From: Bugula neritina | Lineage: Eukaryota > Animalia > Bryozoa | DNA length: 64,000 bases | NCBI GenBank assembly: GCA_964035545.1 | Contig: OZ037766.1 | Coordinates: 11,894,722 to 11,958,721, forward strand | Direction: 5' to 3' | Shown: in pieces, positions 26,801 through 39,063 of the stretch | Layout of the letters: each line of letters opens with the position of its first letter | Numbering within the stretch: the stretch's first letter is position 1 | The notes under the pieces: model-generated | What the model saw: only the letters and a program-made list of their open reading frames with translations | What the model was told of the DNA's origin: nothing | The model's database searches: none | Translations under genes and position numbers: made by a program

Positions 26801-29800
26801 ATCATAGCCACTTTACTTCTCAATCCTCATTAACTGTTAGGACTACTTGAAAAGTTAATTCTATCACAATACGTAATATTGTGTTATTTTATGCTATTTT
26901 TGTTAGATGAAATGAAATGGTGTGAATTTTTAGTTGAGCCTCATACAAAAATAGTTAGTGGTGGGAGAATTCAGTTCTGCGATCTATTGCATTTGGACGC
27001 ACTCTAAATATAGTAGAAGTTATCAGTTATTGATTATTCTGACATGTATCAAGTCTTTACACACTTAAAATACAAGCATCCATTATAATAACGGCATGGA
27101 ATATATAAGAAAGGTACATTGTCTATTCCAAGAACACCAGATGAATAATAATTTTAAGAAGTATTATAGTATTTAGGACTGCTTTTATTTCTCAGTTAAC
27201 ATTCAACAGGTTCTGACCATGTTAAGATATTTAAAACACATGCATTGAAACAAGTCAATCACTAAAACAGACAGGCATATTAAGTTTTCAACAGAAGGGT
27301 TTATTTACTGGTGTAATTTTGGAGATTTACTATAGTTACGTTTACATTTACTGCAAAAGAAAATACTGAGAATTATATATAAAAAGCATCACCTTTCCCC
27401 ATCTAAACCACTGTTTCTTAGTTCTTCAATCATGCCTATTCACACTCTACACAAATTCAAACTAATACTGCTCTCACATAAACTTTACTATTCTCAACTA
27501 ACACATCTCACACATAACTATCCCACAAGATTTTCAGAGTTCGGCCTAAAAACTCCTCCATCATCAACTGCTGCAGGTCAACGAAGAGTGGAATTCCAAT
27601 GTTCGTCGCTATGGAATAAATTGCCTAGTTCTATTCGTGCTGTGGAGAGGGAGGCTGGTTTCAAACTTGCCCTGAGAGACCACCTAATGGCAAATTTCCA
27701 GATAAAAAAATAATACTCTTTGAGTTACTAAAAAACTTTCCAAAAACCTAAACAAAAATCTTATATAACTGTCAACCATTCATGGCTCGGTGCCTCGACT
27801 AGCTACAGTGCTATTGCGCCATAGGCCCTGTCATTTTGTTTATTTTTTCTCAATTAAATTTTTCTCGACTACGACAAAATAAAAACAAACAAACAAACAA
27901 ACAAACATCAAGTCTTAAAATTGTTAGTATGTAAAGCACGTAATTTATAACTCAACCAAGCACATTATGCTGATTTTAAAAAAATTCAGTTCATTCAGAC
28001 ACTTTTGAACACACAACACATACCCTATTTAGTGCTTTACAAATGTTTTGAACAAGAAACAATGATGAACAAAATATTTTTAGTAGTTAGCTTAGTGCAA
28101 ATCATAAGTAGGTTGCTGGTACGTATCTAGTACTATTTACTATCTACCAATTACATTCTAGAGATGTTACTGCTATGAGTTGAAAATGTAGGACACTGAG
28201 CAAAGAGTGTGTCATTCCACAAGATGTAGCAACTTCCCAGCGGTTTTAAAATACTAAAAATACCACAAAATAGGCATAAACTATGATTAATAACATGTCT
28301 TCCACGCAGGTTTATAGAAAAAGTGTAAAACTGCCCAAGTAAAAGCACGAGGTAGAGCAACTTGTATTACATCTTAGACTTAAAAGTGTTTAATCATGAT
28401 AACAAATTTTTATTTTTTTTTGGTTTCAGCTTACAATATTTTAAAGCTATTCTGCCATCTGATTTTGTTTTTATATTATCAGAGAGTTAGGGAGTCTATG
28501 TAACACATATTTACAAGTAATAACAGATTCTATGAAATTACAGAGTAAAAGTATCATATTATACAAGGATAATTGATACCACAAGGATACGAGTATTTAG
28601 AGATCTCAGCATACCCATTATTAGCTTAATAAGTATTGGTTAGTCAACCGCTCACATTGACTTCCACCCCATTTTAGATAAAGATATCATAATCTCACAA
28701 TTCATTAAGCGTTTACAAAAATGTATAAATATTTCAACTACTAAAGAAATAACCAGAATAAAATAGGCGCCAAAGGGGCTGGTTTCGCAGAAGTGTTAAT
28801 TTGATACATAACATGACTGCTCAAAAGTATGCTGCGAATATAATATAAACCTTTTAAAAAGGACATTCGAGAAGGATATGGGGAAAGTGACTGTTAGATG
28901 AACATTCTGTAAAGTATAAATCTATCAGGATGCAGGTATACATCCTGGGTTTGCTTGCTGTACAACATATAAAATATATACTATTTACCACCTGATGCAG
29001 AACAAACATTATAGTACATTATGGCAAGTGTGCCAACATTTTCCCTGAAGGTGAACTTTTTATATGCTTAAATAATTTATTCAAAACATTATTAATAATT
29101 TCATGCGAATTTATAACTTTTAACAACTTATAAAATATCAAATCTTTTAAATTAGAAAGTTCTTTGCCAACTATTCTAACCAGCAACACTAAAACCATAT
29201 TATTGATGTATGCTATAGCAGTGATTACTGGAAAATATATAACTATATATCAATTACAAAAAAAGAATACAACACATGTAGGCCTACATTATTCTGAAAT
29301 TATTAGTAAAACAAACTATTTCTCCAATATTGAAGCTTGTTAAAATCCAAATAGCCTGAAAATAATTTAGAATAAGCAACTTGATGTTAATTTGTAATGA
29401 AATAATACATGTCAACATAATAGTATAAATCTAACCAGTTTTAACTTTACATATTCAACTTATCATGTTATCACTGAAATTATATTAGAATGAGCTGCAA
29501 TCAAATATGAACATTTTATAGTTAAATAGTTGTAAAATTTCTTGTATAGACTACAAAAAACTGACTATAATTTTTAATTCAATATAATCGAAATGGAAAA
29601 CATTTTATAATTTTACAATATCTATGATATTTGATGTATAAAACAACAAATTCAATTTTAGACACCAGATTAGCCTTAATCTACAACATAAGTCACAGAT
29701 AAAATATCGCAGACTTCATCTATTAGAAATGACATATAAATCAGAACGTGAAAAAATCGGAAAAATGAGAATTGCAAAACTTTTCCAGTTATGCAGATAT

Positions 29801-32800
29801 GCAATAAATCTCTCAAACACACTACATATTATAAATGCAAAACATCTCCGCTAATTTTTCTAATTTTAAAAAGGTTTCAGGAGCTCAAATGTTTACTTAA
29901 TGTTTTAAAGCGTAAATGTGGCTGAAACTAGAAGTAGAAACTTCACAATTTAATAAATTTTAAACACTCAACTTATTAGATATTGGTCCGACTTGGGTCT
30001 CTAAATGATAATTTTGTGGTTGGGTCACGTGTCAATCACTCAGAAATGGCCCAAAATACCAATTCTTCAAATATTTCTTGGAATGAACGTAAAAAATTGC
30101 AAATATATGTGCTTACTTTATATACCTAAAATGACATTAAAATGAATTATTTCTATCGAAATCCTATTTTATATGCTCGTTTGGTATGCAAATTTTGATA
30201 ACATCCCAAGAGGATCTGCACAAAATATAGAAAACTTCCCATTAGTTCACTCACCTGTCCCCTTTTCTCTGTCTACAAACTCATCTGCAATTATTGGAAC
30301 CATTCTACCAGAAAAAGGATGTGTAGCCTGAGAACCAACAAGGTGCTGATATCTTACATCATCTGGATGAACGGCTATTGCTGTGTCCCCAAGCATAGTT
30401 TCCAACCTTGTTGTGGCAACAACAATTTCTTCATTTCTTTCTAAATATAGAAGATTAACTGGGAAACAACTCATCGATAATTAAAACAAATTACAAATTC
30501 GCCCTGTACAATCAGAAATATTTCTTAAACAGATTGGCAAAGTCTTGAGCATTTGTTTAATGAAAGAGTAACTCTAATTAACCAAAAATGAAGCAAACTA
30601 TAATATCTAGTATAAATTTTATGTTTACACGCTAATTTTTTTTCAGAACCTAGAAAATAATTGCTATAAAATTTCTATACTGAGTAAAAACATGTTACTT
30701 ATATGTCACTTTGTAGCTAAATTTGTTGTAAATTACTGAACTGATAAAACTTCAATGTAATAGGAAATAAAAGAGATTGGAAGATCAAACCAGTCAGTCA
30801 TAATTTCGATCAAGGAGTTATCTCTGCATACTAAATTACTTGAGTAAAGATTTATACTAGTCAAATAAGTTTGAACGCAACATTTTTGCTATATAAACTG
30901 ATTAAAATACAGTGAAAAATTAACAACATATCCTGTTGATTTTGTACACCTAAAGTTAACCAAAAACTTCCCTTTTCTGTTTAGGATACTTGAAAATTCA
31001 GCAAGTGGTGATAACTTCTATGTAACGCTTTTCTGTGAAAATTACTCAAAACTACCACTTAAATTACAGTGTACAATGCTGAAGATGAGACGTGCTGTAA
31101 GCTTCAAAAAGTTGTCAAATGAAAAACTTATTTATTTAAATGTAAGCGAGTGACTTTAAAAAGACTAGAAGGTTAGTTTAACACTCGTATAATTACTTAC
31201 CAGAATTATGTACGGGGTAAGCAAAGGAGGTGAGATACCCGAGAGTGACTTCTCGACTGTATCCCGGTACAGGAAATGAGGTAGGTCCTTGAATATCAAC
31301 ACGTTCAACCTTCGTGACACGAACACAAATTGTGTGTACGACAGAAACTAAATAGTTTTATAAATATACATAAAGTAACATAAGCAGTCTGGCCATATGA
31401 CGGAGAAGAGACCAGTACATTCTCTAGCGCATATAAACTTTAAACTGGATGTAAAGCAGGATTTATATTGATATATTATAGACAACATTTTATTTGATAA
31501 CGCATAAAACAAAATATGTATTTAACTCTTCTCACCAACTTACAGAAAGCAAAATAAAGCAAGTAAATGATATATAACAGCGTTGGGGTAATTGTAACTT
31601 GTAATTGGTTTTAATTAATTACATTTTTTCAAGTAATTGAATGTAATTTGTAATTGATGTATAAAAATGTAATTGTAATTAATTACATATCTAAGTTAAT
31701 TGATTTTTACAATTACTTTATAATTACATGTCAATTACTTTAAACTTTAAAATCTTGAAAATTTCTACCATGCTTACTGTTAAATAACAAGTTCAGATTA
31801 AGTCAATGTGGTATAGCAACACTGTTGAAAACAAAGGAGGTTCACCACTGTCAAATTTGCCCCTGGTGGTTGGACCCTAGAAGTGAGATTGCATAAATTC
31901 TATTTATCCCTTGTGAGAACAAAAGTAATTGTATTTGTAATTAATTACATTGCCATGTAATTGCAATTGTAATTGATTACATTACTTTTTAATTGTAATT
32001 ATAATTGTAATTGATAAATGTTCATGTAATTGTAATTAATTACATTCACATGTAATTGACCTCAACCCTGCTATATAGTAATACTACGAGGGTGTTTGTA
32101 ATGATATAGCCACAGAGCCTAGACATAAGATGTATGATAACGTAAACAGTGTTATAGCACATGGAGCAGCAGCTTATAATATAAAACTACATGTAAAATA
32201 ATAAATCATAAAACTGTAGTAAACGGATATAACATGATGATAGTATGGCTTGAACCTTACAATATCAGTTTGTTTAGCATTGAGGAATATCTATTGCATT
32301 CAACAGGTAGATTTGATATAAATGAAATGGTGTTACTGGCATTTTAATTTCTTTATTATTTACCATGTAGCTAAATGTTAACACTGTAATTAGATGATTA
32401 ATGCTGCACCTATAAAGTTATTATTCTTAGAACAACTTTCTAATTTCATTAACTGATAAAATATAGCAAAATAAGACTAGCTAACCTCGATGTCTGCAAT
32501 GGTTGACTTGAGAATACACGACCAGTTAACAATTCTGTTTTTACGAGAGATGAGGCCTTCATCGTAGAGTTGACAGAAAGCATTCGAGACGGCATTTTTC
32601 ACCTGATCATCCATGGTAAAGAATGATTTACTCCAGTCTAGACTCAAACCCATTCGGCGTAATTGAGAATAGATTTCTTCAGCTTTCCTTCAACCAGATA
32701 AATAAATACAGGTTATAAAGATCAGTAGGTAGGAGGCAGCCCTGGTCTAGGGTTTAAAACACTGGCTTAGTAAACACGTAGACATGGGTTCGATTCTCAG

Positions 32801-34669
32801 TAAAGGCCATTGATGTTAGGAAAAGCGGCGAGTCATAACTGCTCCGTTGCCTCATAGGAATAAGTAGTTGGCCCGATTTGATGAAAAACCCTTTTCACCA
32901 AGGGTTTCTCACCGAGAATGTGACTATAAACTTTCGTGAGTTTTATAAAGATCAATAGCTAGACTGTGATTGGCTACTTTTTACTTGCAAATGCTTATTC
33001 TCATTTCTAGTCAAAACAAAATGGGAAATAAGTAACATGGAGTAAAATCATTATGGCAGAACCCTTTAGCCTGAGAGTTACAACTAGGCAACTCATCTGT
33101 GCAAGGACTACTCATACACACCCACACACACTCATGAACTTGCACATGTAAATGAAATTCACACATTCGAGTGCATTCAGATTCTGCTCTCGAATGTGTG
33201 AGAGCCTTATAATTCACCAGAATCTGTCATGGAAATTAAGTTTCAATAATTCGAACAAATACTTGAATGAGCAGTAAGCAGTAAATTAAAAGTTGAGTTA
33301 AAAATGTAATCATGCTCTTTGAATATAAAAATAATTTAATTTGAAAAGGTATTATGCACACACTATGTATCGGTGACAAGAATCATTGACAATGATATGA
33401 AAACTAGCCCACATTACCTGTGCTTCCAATTCCAAATGAGCCGAAGAAACTCTGGTCTGCCAACATCGTGCCGAGTCAATTTTTCATTAGCCCACAGTTG
33501 CTTTTCAACCATGACTTGAGTGGCTATACCTGCATGATCTAGCCCAGGTATCCATAGAGTGGAAAGTCCCCTCATTCTATTCCTATCCATTACAAAGAAG
33601 CAAGGCACCTCATGACTATTGCCAACTATTACTAATGATCACAAAGATATAATAGCAGATATTACTGCTGACTTTAGTCAATAGTTATTGTTGTAGAAGA
33701 GCTCTACATTGCATTTACCTCACTAAAACAAAACTACTATAGTATTGTTTCACCTATGCATTGAGTACATAACTCCAAATAAGTAAATAAGCCAGTGAGT
33801 GAAGCTTCAATACGATGATCACACTAGCTGACGTCACAGAAGTATGATTAGCTCCATCAACAAATCTTAAGAGAACGATACATTGCATTGGAAATATGTT
33901 CACATACGAGAAAAACTAATCACAGCAAAAGATGAAATCATAACTAATGTTTACTTAGGATAAAATGCTGATTAGCTGGGTATATATGTGATAGGCTACA
34001 CCAAATCTTGTTCAGTATTAAAAACTACTAACCATCTAACTACAGCATCTTGAATAGAGTTGGTGAAAGCATGACCAATATGAAGCTTTCCGGTGACATT
34101 AGGTGGAGGCATTAACATGACAAACTTTTCTTTCCCAGTAGTCGGCTGGAAGAACCCAGACTTTTCCCACCAATCATACCATGCAGCCTCCGTGAACTGC
34201 GAACTGTAAGTCTTTGGCAGAGGTACTGACACATCTAGTAGTAACAATACATAGCATACGCTGTGCATTGTGTAGCAAATCGAGCAACAGAAAGAGCCCA
34301 CAAAGAGCTCTAAACTGCTTTCTCATTCAATGTTTCAAAATACATTTATTTTTAAAATTTAGTATTTCAAAATTTGAAGCATACCTTTTTTATCTCCGGG
34401 AATAGTCACTACGTCATAACTAGCACTGGGTATTTTATGTATTCTAGTAGCTTTCTAAAATAAAATGATCTTAATGAATACAGAAATGTGTCTACAAATA
34501 GCTGAGTAATACCACATTTAATTACTTTTAATATAGACTGCTTATTGGTTAAAAAATTAATACTTACTTTACACAGAAGTTGGTTTGTATGCAATGCTCT
34601 ACCTCCAGTTGATATGTAAATACCCTTTTGTGAACACAGGCTGTGCAGCCATCGAAAGCATATATACAT
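15270..34669 (-). CDS. VARS2: Valine--tRNA ligase, mitochondrial-type, 21 coding exons, 1020 aa
   Basis: Exons (minus): 34669-34568, 34454-34385, 34234-34033, 33582-33418, 32687-32486, 31309-31201, 30440-30255, 26674-26550, 26241-26056, 25796-25635, 25460-25296, 22270-22145, 21836-21735, 21613-21466, 20449-20322, 19852-19700, 18764-18564, 16814-16691, 16142-15973, 15662-15510, 15353-15270. All GT-AG with compatible phases; 3063 nt total. Motifs: [78 protein letters not shown]. The N-terminus lacks acidic residues (transit-peptide-like) and has no GST domain, favouring VARS2 over VARS1. The first and last exons are the least certain. Confidence 0.93.
20636..20669. repeat. Perfect 16-bp inverted repeat with a 2-nt spacer
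   Basis: AGCTAAGATGTACTCA-ac-TGAGTACATCTTAGCT. Confidence 0.9.
20907..21114 (-). mobile_element. tRNA-derived SINE, family A (near full length)
   Basis: On the minus strand: A box TGGTCTAGGGG, B box GGTTCGAGCC, core GCCATTGGTGATGTTAGGAAGAGCATCCAGTC, tail TCTCACAGGGATAGCGACTATAAAC. Four more copies lie in this window. Confidence 0.85.
22860..23236. mobile_element. Possible MITE with imperfect TIRs
   Basis: Left end agtgggtgctgcgcca; reverse complement of the right end agtgagggctgcaccca. Confidence 0.35.
23733..23813. repeat. (TA)n microsatellite
   Basis: Seen directly; further TA tracts at about 45226-45299 and 49704-49756. Confidence 0.95.
24730..24900 (+). mobile_element. Possible decayed LINE endonuclease fragment
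   Basis: A frameshifted join of DYVQVK..EEPDL and [11 protein letters not shown] resembles the APE endonuclease segment ending in GDxN. Weak. Confidence 0.25.
25068..25235 (+). mobile_element. SINE family A (B-box region deleted)
   Basis: Shares the core GATGTTAGGAAGAGCATCCAGTC and the tail TCTCACAGGGAAGAGTGACTATAAAC. Confidence 0.8.
27400..27906 (+). mobile_element. CR1/L2-group LINE 3' end
   Basis: ORF end ...[28 protein letters not shown] has the typical WN.LP..IR......FK..L..HL form. It is followed by a GC-rich 3' UTR segment (27783-27832), AATAAA and an (AAAC)n tail. Confidence 0.8.
31578..32070. mobile_element. hAT-like MITE with GTAATT/AATTAC subterminal repeats
   Basis: TIRs CAGCGTTGGGGTAATT and (reverse complement) CAGGGTTGAGGTCAATT; imperfect 8-bp flanks atatataa / ctatatag. 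Confidence 0.7.
32735..32946 (+). mobile_element. SINE family A
   Basis: A box TGGTCTAGGG, B box GGTTCGATTC, core and tail as in the other copies. Confidence 0.8.
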
Positions 34670-35089
34670 TGTACAACATCCAAAGCCTGAAAAATAATAT
34701 GAACTAAAAATAGAGTAACACAAAGATGTTTGGCAAATTACTTTCTTAGAGTAAATAAAATACAGGTATAAAAGGTTGCTCTATTTAGGTATGCATCACC
34801 ACATGTGAGAGTAGTTCATTTTACGCGGCTTACTTCCTATCTAGCATAGCCTGAATATCACTTAGTAAAACCAGGTTTAGGCTGTTAAAAATACAATTGC
34901 TAGCAAGATCCTGTTGAAAATAATTTTGCTGACAATATTATACTTGCATTTAAATCTCAACTCACTCGTCACAAATGCAGATAAAAAACCTGTTTGACGC
35001 TAAAAAGCACTGTTTAATTTTACCTGATGAAATGACAATAAGTTTTTTTTACAAATAAGCCATAACTCACAAGTAATAAAAGATAAAAA

Positions 35090-35520
35090 ATGTGGGTGCC
35101 AACAACCCCTTGAACAAAGAAGGAGAAACAGACGTATTAATCTCCTTATGAAAATTCTAGCAAAAGAAGAACAACATTAGGCTCACAGCTCTGCCTATAA
35201 TGAACTACTGAACAAACCAACAAACAGCACCATACGAACTCGCTCCCAAGCAAGGGGTCAGCCCCGATCAGTGGGTGCTAACAGTACCAAATACCTGAAC
35301 AGTTTTCTTCCAAGGACTATCCGGGACACGAAAATTGGTCACAACCAAAGCAATAATTCAGAGACCTCTACATAGACAGAATTAAGTTCCTGTTCAGTAA
35401 ATACAGCCCAAACAGTACTAACTGTGTGACTATTGACCAATGACACCCCTTCCTCCCACTAGGGCAGTCCAGTATCTGAGAGTGAGTGTGATGATCACTT
35501 CAAGTAAGTTCGAGTAAGTT
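35090..35520 (+). mobile_element. Decayed CR1/L2-group LINE 3' fragment
   Basis: KYLNSFLPRTIRD at about 35289-35327 matches the terminal NSFFPRTIRDWN motif; short repeat tail (caagtaagttcgagtaag). Confidence 0.55.
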
Positions 35521-35559
35521 TGTTTTAATGATTGCATCATGATGTGATGATCATGGGTA

Positions 35560-36710
35560 GTATTAAAACTGATGATATAATTTTAATAATGATAATATAG
35601 TAACTAAAAGGAGGGCTTTTAAAAAAAAATTATTCAGCAAATAAGTCCGAAATAGATCGAAGCAACTCGTTCTATTTATTTTATTAATACTATAGTTTAA
35701 CTTGATGATAAGATCATTAAGTTTAAGAAAGAAACCATAAATTATATTTATAATATTAATACTAATAATAACTCAAACTGTATCAGTATTAGCTATTACT
35801 ATTATATTCACTCAATTATTCAGTTTGAGTTTTACAATTACTATTACTACTACTATTAGTATTAGTATTACTATTAGTATTACTAAATCAGTAAATCAAA
35901 ATTAAAATTAAAAATGTAAATCATAAAAAAGTGATTTACCATTACACTTACAGTATTAGTATAAGTAATAACTAATAAGTATAATATAAGTATAACATTA
36001 AGTTTATCATGAACAATAACTATAACTTAACTAAAACTATAAGTATTGGTGTATTAACATTACTATAACTATTAGACTTAGAAGTTAGTGTTAGTGCTAG
36101 TACTACTACTAGTAGTAGTATTGTGCATGGGTGAAGGGTGACCTTGTTAATAGCAAAATTATAATATTAATATTTAATTTCTAGCGGGGCTAGCTGTATC
36201 CTTCGCAATATCTAAAATTATGTTTTGGCTATAACTTGTTAATCTTGTTGGTAGCGATTGCATTTTCTACATTTAGCAGAAAAAAACTTTGGATATATTA
36301 ATATTTTTAATTCTTATTTTAATTTTATGTATATAATTGATCAATATTAGTAATAATATTAATTGTTGATAATTATAACAATTTATTATTCATGTTTACT
36401 CTTAGTTATTAGTATTTATATTAATATTATCACTCGGATGGAGAGTCAAAACTTGGGTATAGAAGTAGAACTAAAAGTTACTAGTACTAGTAGTAGTAGT
36501 TACTACTACTAGTTAGTAACTATTTTTGAAATTTTCTGAAGTTCTCGTGCATCATGACAGCAAATTGCAGTAGCAGAAAATTTCTGCCCGCATTTAATTT
36601 TATTGTAATAAAAGTACCTGTTATACTTTTATTTTAATCTTTAATATTGGAATTTGATTATTACTTATAATTATATTTATAATTAAAATACTGTGATTTT
36701 GTTGTTGTAG
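35560..36710. promoter_or_regulatory. Putative shared (divergent) promoter and 5'-UTR region of VARS2 and ATG10
   Basis: The two start codons are about 2.1 kb apart, head-to-head. Both are preceded by acceptor-like sites (ttgttgtag at 36702-36710; ttttcag on the minus strand near 34687-34693). Very AT-rich with TAC/GTA repeats. Inferred from position only. Confidence 0.4.
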
Positions 36711-36746
36711 AGGTTCAAAGAGCGAAAGAAAGTTTACAGGTTAATA

Positions 36747-37370
36747 ATGAGTGGCACACTTACTCTTCAGTTATTTTTAGCTCAAGCAGAAAGATTTTGT
36801 AAATTATCTGACCTATTAAACGACGGTTGGAAATTAATCGACTATTCAAATAGCTACAGCCAAAAGTTGAAGCTCTTGCGTAAGCAGGTTATTAAACCTT
36901 TTAATATGTCAGATGCTTCTTATTTTGACATTGATACGGATGTAGACAACTCTATACATGCTAATAATGATGAATATGATGCTGGAAATGAGCTGTTCCT
37001 AACTTTAGTGTATGATGTCATATATAGTGATAGTTACAGTGTGCCAGTGCTGTATTTTACTGCTCACCATGTAGATGGACAGATGGTGCCATACAAACAT
37101 ATCAGTAATATTTTCTCATCCCTACATTGTCATGCAATGATGAATCAATTCTGGAGTTGTGTAACCCAAGCTGACCACCCTGTTTCACATGCACCTGCAT
37201 ACATGCTTCATCCATGTAAAACTTCAGCTATGATGAGCAGTGTAACTTCTAATACTGAAAATATTAAAGATAGTTTTTATTTATTGCAATGGCTTAGCAC
37301 AACTGGATCTATGGTTAATCTTGACATCCCTCTAGATTACTTGAAACTGCTTAGTAACCATTCATTGTAA
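36747..37370 (+). CDS. ATG10: Ubiquitin-like-conjugating enzyme ATG10 (autophagy E2), single coding exon, 207 aa
   Basis: Motifs YDVIYSDSYSVPVLYF, TQADHP, catalytic LHPCKT and C-terminal WLSTTGSMVNLDIPLDY match the ATG10 family; AATAAA at 37527. Confidence 0.92.
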   Translation: MSGTLTLQLFLAQAERFCKLSDLLNDGWKLIDYSNSYSQKLKLLRKQVIKPFNMSDASYFDIDTDVDNSIHANNDEYDAGNELFLTLVYDVIYSDSYSVPVLYFTAHHVDGQMVPYKHISNIFSSLHCHAMMNQFWSCVTQADHPVSHAPAYMLHPCKTSAMMSSVTSNTENIKDSFYLLQWLSTTGSMVNLDIPLDYLKLLSNHSL

Positions 37371-37860
37371 TTTTTTGCCTTTTATATCTTAATTGGAATT
37401 TAAATAGTTTAAGTTTATTTTTATGGCAATATTCTTGCAGAAAAAAGTGTCTCACTCTTGAAGAAATATATTTTTATACAAAAGGATGTATTTTTACGAT
37501 TAACCCATTGTTTTTGTATGTAAAATAATAAAAGTAATTTATCTAATCATGAACTCATTCATTTACTGTTAAAATGTTGACCTAACAATCTTATATTGAT
37601 ACTTTTAGCAGTTGAGAATTGTGCCATTCTTCTGATCAAATCCTATTTAGATATATTGGCAATATCAATATGCTTGTGTATATAATTTATTTGCCTATTA
37701 TTTCTTTTTTACTAGTAAACTAAAATTCATTTGTTTAAAGTGATATTGACATGTGTAGATAACTTATCGATGACTGTTTGCGTATGCAGAAGATTTATTC
37801 AGACTTCAGCTAAATCAAATGAGTACTTTACTTGTGTGAACAGAAATTATATAACTTCTA

Positions 37861-39063
37861 TCAACCAAACACTACTTTATCAGCACTGCAATCTTTCTGT
37901 GGCTGAGTTGACTTCTTGTATTGTTGAGCATAGGTGGGCAGTGGTCTAGCAGTAATGTCCTTGCTATTTGACTCTGCTGCACAGTTGGCCAGTTTGAAAT
38001 AGCATTCATTTTCTAAAATACAAATTTTCAGTCAAATCAGGAAAACTAAAGCAGCTGTGCTATATTTTATTATGTGTCTTCAAATTTAACTTGTTAGACT
38101 TGAACATATAGTACACTAATTTCTATATAAGCTTTTTATTTGCCATGTATGAAAAACGAAATTTTGAAACTCAAAACCACAACATGCTTATTCTCAGCCA
38201 CACAATCCATTACCAGCTCAAATAACAATTATGCAATTCATTTACAATCCAAAATTTGTAATTTGGCTGATGTCCAAAATTTACTCAAGATAATTAAAAT
38301 ATTGCAAGGCATTTTTTTGTAGTTGGGTGACCTACTGAAAACTTTTCCTTGGCTGTCTCCAGTTCTGATTCCGCATATGTTGTTAGTTTTCTCTAATGCA
38401 CACACTGTTTCAGAATATGTAGCCAGTCCGAAAGCAATCTTATGGCCGCATGGGATATCCCAGTCTGCCAATATCACATTAGCTGTGCCAAGCACTGAAA
38501 AGATACAGGGCATTAATATTAAATGTGTATAAAGCTTGTATTTTCCATAATAATCCTATATAACTAAAAACACAACTTCTTTATTTAGTAAACTTTATAT
38601 GTAAATTCTTTATTTTTCTAACATATCTAAGCAAAAATTTTATGACATGTTTTATTTTTGTCATCACAACAATTACTACTTCTGCCAGTGTAGAATTTTT
38701 TGTGCAAGTCACATGATGTAATTCTAATTGCATGCATGTAGTTAGTTGGTCTTGAAAGATGACACTCATACCTAGCTTCCATTCACTTAGAATTCTTAGC
38801 TGGTTTATTCAAGATTGTCCTCGGAAAATTCTAGAAAATTCTTCAGATCTCAATTTTAGTTAGAATAAAATATTAAGATGTTTACATGCTTGCTCTTAAC
38901 TCCCAACAGTTTCAGTGAATAATTAAAGATGCTAACTGAGGAAAGTCTGGTATAGCAATATAATACAATTCAAAATACAATATATTGTAGATTTTCAGAA
39001 AATATTACAAAAGTTTTAAAAAAAAATCTTACCTAAAACAGCTATTATTGTTGAGGAGTTCAT
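37861..39063 (-). CDS. Secreted single-domain atypical Kazal-type serine protease inhibitor-like protein, 113 aa
   Basis: Exons 39063-39033, 38494-38336, 38012-37861 (GT-AG, phases 1/1, 342 nt). Protein: MNSSTIIAVLVLGTANVILA-DWDIPCGHKIAFGLATYSETVCALEKTNNICGIRTGDSQGKVFKNECYFKLANCAAESNSKDITARPLPTYAQQYKKSTQPQKDCSADKVVFG*. It has a signal peptide, exactly six Cys, and the Kazal core C-x7-ICG...F.NEC.....NC. Confidence 0.78.
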
